A stretch of 61,600 nt of DNA from a virus (Duplodnaviria; Caudoviricetes), in IMG/VR virus record IMGVR_UViG_3300029787_000035, positions 1-61,600 of that record. The stretch is one strand, 5' to 3'. The position numbers and the translations under genes were made by a program. This document shows, piece after piece, positions 45,665-56,140 of this stretch (within the stretch, counting starts at the first letter, position 1; every line of letters starts with the position of its first letter). The notes beneath the pieces are model-generated. The model saw nothing but the letters and a program-made list of their open reading frames with translations. It searched no databases and was not told the DNA's origin.

Positions 45665-46562
45665 AACATATGTAAATGAAGATACATATCAAACTCTAAA
45701 AGACCTACAAGTAAACCCTTTGAAACCTAGACCTAAAGTTAAAGAATATACAACGGCTATTACACCACTTTGGAAGAAAGAAGAACTACCTAAACTACAA
45801 CTTGACGAGTCTCCTTATAGAGTATTAGTATGTACACCTGTACATAGTGATGTATCTCTACATTACACTCAAGCATTATTATTATTTCAACAAGCATGTT
45901 TTCAAAAAAAAATAAATGTTCAATTTCAATTAATGAAATCATCATTAGTTACTCAAGGAAGAAATTTGTGTGTTGCAGCCTTTCTTGAATCAAAAGCAAC
46001 ACATATGTTATTTATTGATTCTGATATATCTTTCGATCCAGACTCAATATTTAAAATGTTAGATTTAGACAAAGATGTAATATCTATACCTTATCCGTTA
46101 AAAACTTTTTCTTGGGAAAAAGGTTATGAAAAATTTCAAAAGGGGCAAGTTAAATCACCTAATGATTTAAGAAAATCTATGAATCAATACCCTATGAGAG
46201 TAGAAAATGATAATAATATTAAAATGGATAAAGGAATTATAGAAGTAACTCATGCACCAACTGGGTGTATGCTTATAAAAAAAGAAGTAATTAATAAAAT
46301 GGTTAAGGCTTATCCAGACAAAGAAATCGTTCAAAATACTATTATTAATGGTAAACTAGTAGTTAAGCCACACATGTGGAATTTCTTTGATACTCTACAC
46401 GATCCTAAAACTAAAACATTCTTAGGGGAAGATTTTGCATTTTGCAAATTATGGAAAGATATAGGTGGTAAATGTTACGCATATATTTTAGATAATATTA
46501 GCCATGTTGGAGAACATCAATACGAAGGTCGTTTTGTTGACGAGTTGATATTGAACAAGTAA
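45651..46562 (+). CDS. GT-A glycosyltransferase-like protein
   Basis: SLVT.GRN, LFIDSD, TG.MLI, GEDFAFC, H.G. Confidence 0.75.
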   Translation: MQKDKTYVNEDTYQTLKDLQVNPLKPRPKVKEYTTAITPLWKKEELPKLQLDESPYRVLVCTPVHSDVSLHYTQALLLFQQACFQKKINVQFQLMKSSLVTQGRNLCVAAFLESKATHMLFIDSDISFDPDSIFKMLDLDKDVISIPYPLKTFSWEKGYEKFQKGQVKSPNDLRKSMNQYPMRVENDNNIKMDKGIIEVTHAPTGCMLIKKEVINKMVKAYPDKEIVQNTIINGKLVVKPHMWNFFDTLHDPKTKTFLGEDFAFCKLWKDIGGKCYAYILDNISHVGEHQYEGRFVDELILNK

Positions 46563-46597
46563 AATGGTAATATATGCTAATATTAGGAAAGTAGACT

Positions 46598-47542
46598 ATG
46601 GATCCATTTACATTAGCATTAGCCACATTTGGCGTACAAAAACTTAGAGGTAAGTCAACAAAACGAGCATTAAGAGATGCAGCTCTTTTAGGTGGTGGAG
46701 CTTATGCTTTAGGTGCAGCAGGTATAGGAGGTCAAACTTTTACAGGAGCACCTCTCTCAAGTGCAAGAAATTTTTTTGGTTTAGGCCAAACAACAACACC
46801 AGTTCCAAAAGGTAATTTAGGGTCTAGTTTTTTAAACAAAGCTAATATGCCCAAAGGTAAAGTTATAGGTGTAGATAAATTTGGTAAAGATATTGTATCA
46901 AGAGGTGGAGAACTATCTGGATTAAATGTTGTAGAAGCTGCTAAACCTTCTGGACTAGAAAGTTTATTAACTAAAGTAAAAGACAATCCATTAAAAGCTG
47001 CATTAGCAGCCGGTACTGTATTACCGTTATTAGCAGGTGAAGAAGAGGAACCAGATCCACCGTTTACAGAAGAAGATTATAAAAGAGCATATGCAGAACA
47101 ATCCGAAAAATTAGCGGGTTCTTTTGTTCCAGCTGAAAATACAAGACCATCAAGAGCAGAGACTTATGGATCTAATATGTTCTATGCAAATCAAGGTGGT
47201 TTAGCAACAGCAATAAAAAAATTTAATCAAGGTGGTGTAAACTATTTACCATCAAAAACAGACCATGATGAGAATGATTACAATAATTATGTAAGAGCTA
47301 AGGGTTATGTAGAAGATGGAGCAGGTAATGGTGACAAGGATGAAGATACAATGCTTGCACAATTAGCTGATGGTGAATTTGTATCTAGAGCTGATGCAGT
47401 ACTAGGTGCAGGAATTTTATCAGGTGGTGATCCTAAAAGTTACAAAAGTATGAGAAAAGCTGGTGCTAGTTTCTTTTATGATCAACAAAAAAAATTAAAA
47501 CGAATTTATGATTTAGTAGATGCAAGCAGAAAAGATAATTAA
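46598..47542 (+). CDS. Internal virion/ejection protein
   Basis: Gly/Ala-rich N-terminus, NQGG x2, D...AQLADGEFV domain. Confidence 0.6.
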   Translation: MDPFTLALATFGVQKLRGKSTKRALRDAALLGGGAYALGAAGIGGQTFTGAPLSSARNFFGLGQTTTPVPKGNLGSSFLNKANMPKGKVIGVDKFGKDIVSRGGELSGLNVVEAAKPSGLESLLTKVKDNPLKAALAAGTVLPLLAGEEEEPDPPFTEEDYKRAYAEQSEKLAGSFVPAENTRPSRAETYGSNMFYANQGGLATAIKKFNQGGVNYLPSKTDHDENDYNNYVRAKGYVEDGAGNGDKDEDTMLAQLADGEFVSRADAVLGAGILSGGDPKSYKSMRKAGASFFYDQQKKLKRIYDLVDASRKDN

Positions 47543-47978
47543 AAACGATATTGAAATAATACCAATTATTCCTTCTAAGGTAGAGGATATATGGTCATTA
47601 GTTCATTTTATGATAGCAGAGGCTTTAGTTTACAGTGGGCGTTATGCAGAACCAGAAGATATAAAACAATTACTTCTTTCTGGAGATAACCAATTGTTTT
47701 TAATATTCGGCTCTGAAAAAGGAGAAACAAATAAAGTTTATGGTGTTGTAACAACAAGAATATTTGAAAACCCAAACTTTAAAGAATTACAAGGTTTAAT
47801 ATGTACAGGCACAAAAATGAATTTATGGGAAAAAAAATTAATTGACGCTTTAGAACAATTTGCAAAAGTAAATGGTTGTAAAAAAATTAAAGCATACATG
47901 AGACCAGGCTACAAAAAAGTTATGCCTAAGTATGGATATAAATCAAGACATGTTGAATTTGAGAAGGAGTTAAACTAA
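47520..47978 (+). CDS. GNAT-like protein in the ejection module
   Basis: Size, position, FAK.NGC.KI...RPGY.K. Confidence 0.5.
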   Translation: MQAEKIIKNDIEIIPIIPSKVEDIWSLVHFMIAEALVYSGRYAEPEDIKQLLLSGDNQLFLIFGSEKGETNKVYGVVTTRIFENPNFKELQGLICTGTKMNLWEKKLIDALEQFAKVNGCKKIKAYMRPGYKKVMPKYGYKSRHVEFEKELN

Positions 47979-48910
47979 TGAGTATTTTCAGCGGAGGCGG
48001 AGGCGGAGGCGGAGGCGGCTCTACTACAGGAACACAAACAACTATTGCAAGAGAAGCACCAGGAGTTGAAGCTAGAAAATTAGCTTTATATGATGAAGCT
48101 GCTAATTTAGCCAAGTCACCGGTAGGTATTCCTGGGGTACAAGTAGCACCACTTTCAGCTATAGAACAAGCAGGGATAACTCAAGCAGGACAAACAGGCG
48201 TTGGTGCTGGAGCAGTTACTTCAGGTATAGGTGCTTTTCAAGGGGCTCCAACTTTAGCTAATCAATATGCAAGCGGTGCAACACAAATGGCAGCTAATGC
48301 ACCAAACATCGGACAGTTTTTAAATCCGTATCAACAATATGTTACAAATGAAATAGGTAGACAAGGACAAATTGCACAAAATCAATTATCTGCTTCAGCC
48401 ATTGATGCAGGAGCATTTGGTGGTGGAAGACAAGGTGTTCAACAAGCAGAACTACAAAACAGAACTTTACAAGCTATGGGTCAAGCACAGGCTCAAGGTT
48501 TTAACACTGCATTAAGTGCAGCTCAACAACAACAAGCTTTAGGTACTCAAACTCAATTATCGGCTGGACAATTAGCAAGTAATGTTGGACTTGCTGCTGC
48601 ACAAGGTTTAGGACAATTAGGTGGTCAACAACAAGCTATGTCATTAGCTGATATTAATGCTCAGATGCAAGCAGGTGCAGTACAAAGAGGTATTGGTCAA
48701 CAAGCATTAGATGCTCAAAGAGCAACACAATTACAAAGAGCTTATGAACCTTATCAAAGAGTTGAATTCTTAAAAGGTATTATGACTAATTTACCAACAA
48801 CACAAAGTAGTGTTACTGCGACCACGGCTCCCGGCTCTAATCCTTTATCACAAGCAGTAGGAACTGGTTTAGCTGGATACGCAGCTTATAACATGATGCA
48901 GCCGAGGTAG
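47978..48910 (+). CDS. DNA ejection/transfer protein
   Basis: Poly-Gly N-terminus, NPYQQ.V, AGAFGG.R, Gln/Ala-rich. Confidence 0.65.
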   Translation: MSIFSGGGGGGGGGSTTGTQTTIAREAPGVEARKLALYDEAANLAKSPVGIPGVQVAPLSAIEQAGITQAGQTGVGAGAVTSGIGAFQGAPTLANQYASGATQMAANAPNIGQFLNPYQQYVTNEIGRQGQIAQNQLSASAIDAGAFGGGRQGVQQAELQNRTLQAMGQAQAQGFNTALSAAQQQQALGTQTQLSAGQLASNVGLAAAQGLGQLGGQQQAMSLADINAQMQAGAVQRGIGQQALDAQRATQLQRAYEPYQRVEFLKGIMTNLPTTQSSVTATTAPGSNPLSQAVGTGLAGYAAYNMMQPR

Positions 48911-48912
48911 TT

Positions 48913-49767
48913 ATGGATAAAGTATTAACTAGAAAAATGTTTAAGGACAGATACTTCAAGTCATTGAAGCCTACTATAAAACATTTTCAAGCTGGTGGTT
49001 TAGGTTCGCTATCTCCAAAAGAGAAAGCTATTTATGCCGCAACTTTAGCAGCACCATTACTTCAAGCTAAAGGAAAAGGAATTGCTCCTGCACTAGATGC
49101 ATTAGGAGAGGGTGTTGGTAAATTGCCTGCAACTATTTTATCTGTAGAAAAAACTAAAGGAAAAGGTGTAAGAACTTTATCAGACTCAGAATTAAAATCT
49201 TATAATTTACCTAAAGGCACAGTGGCTCAAGTTGATGGTGAAGGAAAAATTACAGTTGTATCTAAACCGTCAGCTGAATCAATAAAACAAATTCAAGGAA
49301 GTAAAAGAGTAAGAACTATTTTATCTAGGATTGGTGATGACTATTATAGATTAGGTAAACCTGTCGGATTTGGTGACTTAGGTAGAATTAGAGCATCAAT
49401 TGGTAAAGTAGGTGGCTCACAATTTTCAAAAGACTATGGTGCTTTTAAAAGTAGAATACAACAAGCAACTTCATTTGTAACACAAGCAATCTCTGGTGCT
49501 GCAGTATCAGAACAAGAAGCAGAAAGAATTACAAAACTTATACCACAAGTAGGTGATACTGAAGCTACATTTGAAGCAAAGCTACAAGCATTAGATAGTT
49601 ATTTTGCAGATGCTATTGCAATTGCAGAAGATAATAATGCAGACTTTACTACTGCCTTAGAAATTATGGAGGCTTCTGGAAGAGGTGCTTCTAACTATAT
49701 TGATTTAAGTGAAGGTGTTACTATTAAACAATACGATGGTAACAAATACGATGTTAGTGCAAATTAA
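48913..49767 (+). CDS. Internal virion protein
   Basis: VL.RKMF start; ISGAAVSEQE motif. Confidence 0.6.
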   Translation: MDKVLTRKMFKDRYFKSLKPTIKHFQAGGLGSLSPKEKAIYAATLAAPLLQAKGKGIAPALDALGEGVGKLPATILSVEKTKGKGVRTLSDSELKSYNLPKGTVAQVDGEGKITVVSKPSAESIKQIQGSKRVRTILSRIGDDYYRLGKPVGFGDLGRIRASIGKVGGSQFSKDYGAFKSRIQQATSFVTQAISGAAVSEQEAERITKLIPQVGDTEATFEAKLQALDSYFADAIAIAEDNNADFTTALEIMEASGRGASNYIDLSEGVTIKQYDGNKYDVSAN

Positions 49768-49775
49768 GGATTTAT

Positions 49776-52385
49776 ATGGCAGAAATAGTTGTACAAGGAA
49801 ATACATTTAAAATTAAGGGAACAGAGCCTACTCCAAAAGAACAGGTAGCTATCGATTCTGTTTTAGCAGCTAAAAAAGCTGAAGGTAAAGATGGATTAAG
49901 TTTTGATGATGAAATGAAACTTATGATTACACCTGAAGAAGTTTTATCAGACGCACAAAAAGGAAAGTATAATAAAGATACAGAAAGTTTTTTAGCAAGC
50001 CCAGACTTTATGAGAATAGTAACAGAGGTAGGTTTATCTATCGCTGGTGGTATTGCAGGTGTTGCGGCAGCTCCATTTACTGGAGGTTCTTCTTTAGTTG
50101 GTACAGGATTGATGGCAGCAAGAGTTGCTAGAATAGCTAGACCACTTTTAAATTTAAGTAAAAATAAACAAAGATTAATTGGAGGTGTAACCGGTGCAGG
50201 ATTAGGGGGTGGAGCTGGTGCAGCTATATCACAAACATTTGATCCTAAAGAAAGTATTGTAAGAGAAGTTGCAAGAGGTACAGCTCAAGGTGCTTTTGGT
50301 GAATTACTTGGTTTTGGTATGGCAGGAGCCTTAGCTAAAACATACAACAAGGTTACAGGGTTTTCTTTAAAAACAATTGATGGTGCTCAAGATGTAGTAA
50401 GAGGGTTAGACGGAGATAAACTATTTTATAAAGAAATAGCTAAGTTCAAAGAAACAGGTAAACTTCCAAGCAAAGAGGTCTTAGATAAATTATCAGATGA
50501 AACACAAAAAGTATTTATTACACCACAACAAAGATCTATTTTAGAAAGTACAGAGTTAGCTGATGATGCATTTTTAAGTGCACAAAAAGGTAATCCAGAT
50601 TTCTTTAACGTAAAAAGAGGTAAATACAAATTTGAAGATGCTAATATTATTGCAGGTAAGATTACAGAACAATCTGGTGTCGAATTAGCAAGTTCACTAT
50701 CTGCTGCATCAATTGGTGGTGGTGCTTTTATTAGAAATACAGAGGGTTTAAGTAGATTAATGACTATAGAATCTATTGATAATTTTACAAAAGTATTAAC
50801 AAAAGACTTACCAAAAATAGATTACGATACTGCTGCCGATGGTGTAACTGCTTTTTTAAATTCACAAATAAGAGGGGGACAACAGGTCTATAAATCTACA
50901 AAAGATAAATTGTGGGATGAATTAGCAGAAGGTGTTACTAAGACGACAATGAGAGCAGACGGAACATATAATCCTGCTTTCAATGTAAAAATTAGAGGAC
51001 CTGAGGTACCAACTAAAATTGATGTAAATAATACTTATAAAGGAATAAATGAAACAGTTGACAATTTAAGTGAGTATATAAAAAGAGCAACAAAAGAAAA
51101 TATAGTTCCTGATAATGGTGATGTAAATCAGATGCTTGGAATTTTAAATAGAATGGGTAATGAAACAGATTACAATACTTTTAGATTAGCTTATTCTGAA
51201 ATAGCTAGTATGCGACCTGTTGGAAGAGCACAATCAGTTCAAGCTGAAATAGTAAAAAGGATGGAATCTATGTTAGCAAACTCTCCTTTACCAGCTTCAG
51301 TTAATGCTGCAAGAAAAGCTGCATCCGATTTTACAAAACTAGGTGGAAGAGCATTTGAAGGTAAAGTTGTTGGTGATTTACTAAAAAGTGATTTTGGCCA
51401 AGAAAGATTATACAAAAATATTATTGGTGCAGGTAAACCAACTTACTTTAGAGCTTTTCAAAAAAGTTTAGATGATGCTAAAATTAATGCAGGTGGTAAA
51501 CAATATGATTTATTTCCACAAAGAGAGGCAATACAAGGAGCGTTACAAGGACAGTTCTTTAAAGATTTTTTAAGAAGTAGTGTCGATAAATCTGGTCAAT
51601 ATTACAAACTTAATAAAACTGGTGCAGAAAAATTTTTAAAAGACTATGATTGGCTACTTAAAGATGATGTTGGTTTTTTAACAAAGTCACAAATAAAAGG
51701 TATTAAAGATTACACTAGAAGACTACAATTAATTGAAGGTAAAATAAAACCACCAGGTGCTGCAGGAACAAGTGGAGATATGCTTGTACAGATGAAACAA
51801 GCCGGTGCATTATCACAAATAGTTGGTGTAGTTGGTTTTGGTACGGGTACAATTGATCCAGGTGCTGCTACATTTTTTGTATTAGGTCCTGCTGGTTTAG
51901 CTTACGCAATGTCTAGACCTGCAACAACAAGAGCATTAATTGAAGGTTTAGGTAGGGGAAACAAAGGAATTGATAGTTATCAAGGGTTAACTAGATATAT
52001 TGGTCAATTAAGTAGTGCATTAGTTTCAGAAGGTATTATTGGTCCAGTAGAAGCTAAAGCAGCTATTGATAAAGTGCAAGGAAACAAAGAAGCATATGAA
52101 CAATATTTTAAAACAGGTATTATGCCCAATGCTCCTGCCAAAAGAGAATTTGATCCAGAGAATGCGCCTGCAATTGAAATAGATCCATATTTACAATCTG
52201 GAATAAAAAGACAAGGTTCAGGACAAAGAACAGGTTCAATAGTAAGATCTGGATCTGATATACCATTACCGAATGTAACACCATCAAACTTACCAATGGG
52301 TGGACAACAATCGAACACAGAACTAGCACAGGCCTTAAACCTTTTTAGTAAGGGAGGGATAGTCAGTGCCAAGAAAAGCTTCTAA
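49776..52385 (+). CDS. Large internal virion/ejection protein
   Basis: 869 aa, Gly/Ala-rich hydrophobic segments, last gene of the ejection cluster. Confidence 0.65.
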   Translation: MAEIVVQGNTFKIKGTEPTPKEQVAIDSVLAAKKAEGKDGLSFDDEMKLMITPEEVLSDAQKGKYNKDTESFLASPDFMRIVTEVGLSIAGGIAGVAAAPFTGGSSLVGTGLMAARVARIARPLLNLSKNKQRLIGGVTGAGLGGGAGAAISQTFDPKESIVREVARGTAQGAFGELLGFGMAGALAKTYNKVTGFSLKTIDGAQDVVRGLDGDKLFYKEIAKFKETGKLPSKEVLDKLSDETQKVFITPQQRSILESTELADDAFLSAQKGNPDFFNVKRGKYKFEDANIIAGKITEQSGVELASSLSAASIGGGAFIRNTEGLSRLMTIESIDNFTKVLTKDLPKIDYDTAADGVTAFLNSQIRGGQQVYKSTKDKLWDELAEGVTKTTMRADGTYNPAFNVKIRGPEVPTKIDVNNTYKGINETVDNLSEYIKRATKENIVPDNGDVNQMLGILNRMGNETDYNTFRLAYSEIASMRPVGRAQSVQAEIVKRMESMLANSPLPASVNAARKAASDFTKLGGRAFEGKVVGDLLKSDFGQERLYKNIIGAGKPTYFRAFQKSLDDAKINAGGKQYDLFPQREAIQGALQGQFFKDFLRSSVDKSGQYYKLNKTGAEKFLKDYDWLLKDDVGFLTKSQIKGIKDYTRRLQLIEGKIKPPGAAGTSGDMLVQMKQAGALSQIVGVVGFGTGTIDPGAATFFVLGPAGLAYAMSRPATTRALIEGLGRGNKGIDSYQGLTRYIGQLSSALVSEGIIGPVEAKAAIDKVQGNKEAYEQYFKTGIMPNAPAKREFDPENAPAIEIDPYLQSGIKRQGSGQRTGSIVRSGSDIPLPNVTPSNLPMGGQQSNTELAQALNLFSKGGIVSAKKSF

Positions 52386-52581
52386 TAAAGATATACTTGC
52401 TCATCAAAGAATGGATGACCATGAGAAGTTATGTAGAATTATGCAAGAAGAAACTAATAAAAAAATAAATGATGTTCATCAAGATATACATAGACTTGAA
52501 AAAATAATGATAGCATCTACAGGATTTTTAATGACAACAATGCTAGGAATAATTGTTGCTCTTATTTTAAAATTAAACTAA
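52366..52581 (+). CDS. Coiled-coil protein with C-terminal TM
   Basis: HEKLC...RLE, then hydrophobic tail. Confidence 0.65.
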   Translation: MPRKASNKDILAHQRMDDHEKLCRIMQEETNKKINDVHQDIHRLEKIMIASTGFLMTTMLGIIVALILKLN

Positions 52582-52589
52582 AAGACCTT

Positions 52590-53330
52590 GTGCGTCTTGT
52601 TAGAGAAAATAATTCATTTTATATTACCGACTTAAAACTCAAAAAGAAATATGAGTATGCTAAGTATACTCGGGACAACGACCTCGGCTCACGGCACTAT
52701 AATGTTGGAGATATAAAGATACCATCAGTTACAACTATATTATCAGCTACACAATCAGAAGATAAGAAAGCAGGGTTAGATGCATGGCGTGAAAGAGTAG
52801 GATACCAAGAAGCGCAGCGTATAACTAATCAAGCTGCAACTAGGGGAACTGAGATGCATTATGTATTAGAGAATTACATTGACGGTAGAGGTTACATTAA
52901 TCTGTCACCAGAGGGTGCCTTACCACGACTCATGGCTCACGAAATTGTAGACAACCTAGGTAAGTTAAAAGAAGTATGGGGTAATGAAGTTAGTCTTGCA
53001 TATGAAGATAGATGGGCAGGTGCAACAGATGTAGTTGGTTTATATGATGATCAACCTACGATCATTGACTTCAAACAATCAAACAAATTAAAAAGAGAAG
53101 AATATGTTGAAGACTATTATTATCAAATAGCAGCATACTCACTAGCACATAAGAAACAATATGGTCCTATAACACAAGGCCTTATCTGTATTTGTACTAA
53201 AGATAAAATTTATCAAGAGTTTAAAATGGATCAAGAAAAATTAGATGAGTATGAAGCTAAATGGTTAGAGAGAGTTGATAACTACCATAAGACTAAAGCC
53301 ATTTCTGAACCTGTTCCCCAAGAGTCTTAG
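52590..53330 (+). CDS. PD-(D/E)XK exonuclease
   Basis: PSVTTIL, RGT.MH, E...AG.TD...IIDFK, Q..AY. Confidence 0.88.
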   Translation: MRLVRENNSFYITDLKLKKKYEYAKYTRDNDLGSRHYNVGDIKIPSVTTILSATQSEDKKAGLDAWRERVGYQEAQRITNQAATRGTEMHYVLENYIDGRGYINLSPEGALPRLMAHEIVDNLGKLKEVWGNEVSLAYEDRWAGATDVVGLYDDQPTIIDFKQSNKLKREEYVEDYYYQIAAYSLAHKKQYGPITQGLICICTKDKIYQEFKMDQEKLDEYEAKWLERVDNYHKTKAISEPVPQES

Positions 53331-54699
53331 CAGATAATTCAATTTTGTTTTCGAGATTATGTAATACCATTTGATCAATAGTATCTCTAGCAATTATATC
53401 AATGTAAGTTACTTGAGACTTCTGCCCTATTCTATGAGCCCTGTCTTCACTTTGTTGTCTGACTTCGAGATTATATGAGTTACTAAAATAGATAACATAC
53501 TTAGCAGCAGTCAATGTCAAACCATAGCCACCTACTGTTGGGTTACCTACCAAGAATCTACACTCTTCTTTGTTTTGAAATTTTTCTACTGCTTGATTAC
53601 GAACATCAACAGAGTCTTTACCATAGATAGATACTACTGAGTCTACACCATAAGTCTCGGCTAATTTCTTTTTTATACCTTCAATGTTGTGTACATAGTT
53701 TGCCCAGATAATACATTTGTCTTCTGTCTCTCCAATAATATTCATAAGCTCTGTTAGTTTTGCATTACTTTTAAAATCAACAATGTCACCTTCATTTGTT
53801 TTAACAAACCCATTAGACACTTGTTGTAATTTTAATAACTCAGTAAGTTTATTATTGTAGGATACTTCTGCATCTCTAAGTATCATCAATGCAGATTGTT
53901 TAAGTTGTTCATAAGCTTTTCTTTGTTCGTCTGGTAGATCTACATATCTTTGTACATACATCTTTTCTGGTAAATCAAGACAATCTTTTTTTCTTACCCT
54001 ATATGAAAAGTTTTTTAATTTATATTCTAATTCTTCTAAATTTACATAATACTTTGGTATCTGTATATTATACCCACCACGTTCTATACTAAACATAACT
54101 GCATACTTAGCTTTGAATACCGTGTAGTTATCATACCCTAATAACTTCTTATCTAAAAATGCACATTGTGAAAACAAATCTAATGGAGACTTAGTAATCG
54201 GAGAGCCTGTAAGAATTCTTTTATATCTAGCAAGTTGACCTAATTTAATTATAGCTTTAGTTCTTGATGCTCTTAAATTTTTAATTGAAGTACTTTCATC
54301 TAATATAATCATACTTCTCATACCATGTTTTTGTAATTTAGACTCTAACCATTTCTTACCTGAAGCATGAGATAACGCTTCAACATTCATAAGAACGAAT
54401 GTAAGTTTATTTGGATCCATTCTAAATGTTTTATCTTTTGATACTTTCCAAATATAGATATTAGTTTCTTCTGGGCAGTGTGCATTAATTTCTTTTTTCC
54501 AATTTTGATACACAGAGTTTGGTGCAATTACAAATGCAAAATCAATTCTTTTATCTTGATATAAGTAAGCTGCATTATCTATAGCAACCTTTGTCTTACC
54601 TGTTCCCATCTCCATAAAGTATGCAAAGTTGTAAGGTTTAGCCCCTTCTACTAACGATCTTCTTTGATGACTGAAGGGTTCTGTTTTGTATTTATACAT
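53293..54699 (-). CDS. SNF2-family helicase
   Basis: MEMGTGKT, DES, LTGSP, GLTL, QSEDRAHRIGQ. Confidence 0.92.
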   Translation of the reverse strand: MYKYKTEPFSHQRRSLVEGAKPYNFAYFMEMGTGKTKVAIDNAAYLYQDKRIDFAFVIAPNSVYQNWKKEINAHCPEETNIYIWKVSKDKTFRMDPNKLTFVLMNVEALSHASGKKWLESKLQKHGMRSMIILDESTSIKNLRASRTKAIIKLGQLARYKRILTGSPITKSPLDLFSQCAFLDKKLLGYDNYTVFKAKYAVMFSIERGGYNIQIPKYYVNLEELEYKLKNFSYRVRKKDCLDLPEKMYVQRYVDLPDEQRKAYEQLKQSALMILRDAEVSYNNKLTELLKLQQVSNGFVKTNEGDIVDFKSNAKLTELMNIIGETEDKCIIWANYVHNIEGIKKKLAETYGVDSVVSIYGKDSVDVRNQAVEKFQNKEECRFLVGNPTVGGYGLTLTAAKYVIYFSNSYNLEVRQQSEDRAHRIGQKSQVTYIDIIARDTIDQMVLHNLENKIELSAKTLGEQVQKWL

Positions 54700-54770
54700 T
54701 GAGAATGATTTAAATTATTTATTTGCAAAGATCAAATAAATAATATATTGATTCGACCAAGGAGGTTCTT

Positions 54771-55316
54771 ATGGACTTAGAAGCAGAATCTATTGTAAAG
54801 ATAGATATGGCGATGTCATCGAACATCACCGAATCTTGCAAAAAGTTATTGGAAACTCAGAAAAAAATAGAAACGACTGAAGAAGAACTAAAAAAGTTAA
54901 AAGAGGTTGAGACTAATCTTTCTGAGCAAACAATCCCAAACTTAATGCAACAAGCAGGTGTAGAGTTGATTAAACTTGAAGGAGGAATATCCGTAGAAGT
55001 TAAACCGTTCTACTCTGCAAGAATACCAGCATCTAGAAGTGAAGAAGCTTTTGAATGGCTTCGTGCAAACGGCCATGGAGATCTGATTAAAAACCAGGTA
55101 TCCTTGGAGTTTAAAATGAAGCAAGACAATGAAGCTAAAGCACTTGTAGAAGAGTTGAAGAATAAGGGTCTAGCAGTTCAACAGAAAACATCAGTACATC
55201 CTAGTAGTCTAAGATCGTTTGTAAAAGAACAGATTGCAGATTTAGGAAAAGATGTTCCTGCAGAATTGTTTGGAACCTACGTTGCAAATAAAACTAAAAT
55301 AACCACGAAGGAGTAA
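54771..55316 (+). CDS. Conserved replication-module protein
   Basis: SD AAGGAGG; AF.WLR..GHGDLIKN...VHP.SL. Confidence 0.75.
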   Translation: MDLEAESIVKIDMAMSSNITESCKKLLETQKKIETTEEELKKLKEVETNLSEQTIPNLMQQAGVELIKLEGGISVEVKPFYSARIPASRSEEAFEWLRANGHGDLIKNQVSLEFKMKQDNEAKALVEELKNKGLAVQQKTSVHPSSLRSFVKEQIADLGKDVPAELFGTYVANKTKITTKE

Positions 55317-55318
55317 TC

Positions 55319-56134
55319 ATGATAGAAAAGCAACAAGAAAAAGCGATAGTAAAGAAAAAAGAAAACCTACCAGTTCAATTTAATTTAGAGGATATGGCAG
55401 GTCAAGGTCAAGAGTTTACAACAGCTCGAGATCAAAAACTTCCAATGTTAAAAATACTTTATGCCAACTCTCCTGTATTAGATGAGACAGATGGTAAATT
55501 TGTTGAGTCTGCTAGACAGGGTGACATATGGAGTGAAACATCTGGTACAGTGTGGAAAGGTAAAGAAGGTCTGATAGTAGCACCATGTCTTTACATAAAC
55601 ACATTTAATGAGTGGAAGGACAAAGGTGAAGGTTTAGGAAGACCTGTAGCAATACACACGGATCCTGCAATTATGTCTGAGACTACAAGGTCTGCAGATA
55701 ATAAAGATAGATTGCCAAATGGTAATTATATCGAGGATACAGGAAATCATTTTGTTTACATATTGGATAAAGATATGAATCCAATTGAACAAGCCTTGAT
55801 ACCTTTGAAGTCAACTCAAAAAAAGAAATCCAAAACTTGGAATTCTATGATTCAGTCTAGAAGAGCGCAGGGTAAGAATGGTATGTACAATCCACCATCT
55901 TGGTCAACAACTTATAAACTGAGTACGACTAAAGAATCTAATTCTAAAAACTCATGGTATGGATGGGTAATAGAATTTAATTCATTCTTAAATCCTACTG
56001 AGCATCTAAAAGTATTAGAAGCGACTCAAGGGTTTTATAAGAGTGCAATGAAGAGCGATATCTTTGGTAAGGTAGACTTCTCACAAGAGAATCAATCTCA
56101 AGGCAATCAGGTTAAGGAAGCAACTCCGTTTTAA
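55319..56134 (+). CDS. Probable single-stranded DNA-binding protein
   Basis: Position in replication module; STQ.KKS..WN; C-terminal PF tail. Confidence 0.5.
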   Translation: MIEKQQEKAIVKKKENLPVQFNLEDMAGQGQEFTTARDQKLPMLKILYANSPVLDETDGKFVESARQGDIWSETSGTVWKGKEGLIVAPCLYINTFNEWKDKGEGLGRPVAIHTDPAIMSETTRSADNKDRLPNGNYIEDTGNHFVYILDKDMNPIEQALIPLKSTQKKKSKTWNSMIQSRRAQGKNGMYNPPSWSTTYKLSTTKESNSKNSWYGWVIEFNSFLNPTEHLKVLEATQGFYKSAMKSDIFGKVDFSQENQSQGNQVKEATPF

Positions 56135-56140
56135 TTAATC

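Noticed and set aside
47993-48019. GGCGGA microsatellite as a phase-variation tract
   Set aside because: In-frame poly-Gly coding; unit changes would not shift the frame
52590-53330. Cas4 / CRISPR adaptation gene
   Set aside because: Lacks the Fe-S Cys set; ordinary phage PD-(D/E)XK exonuclease
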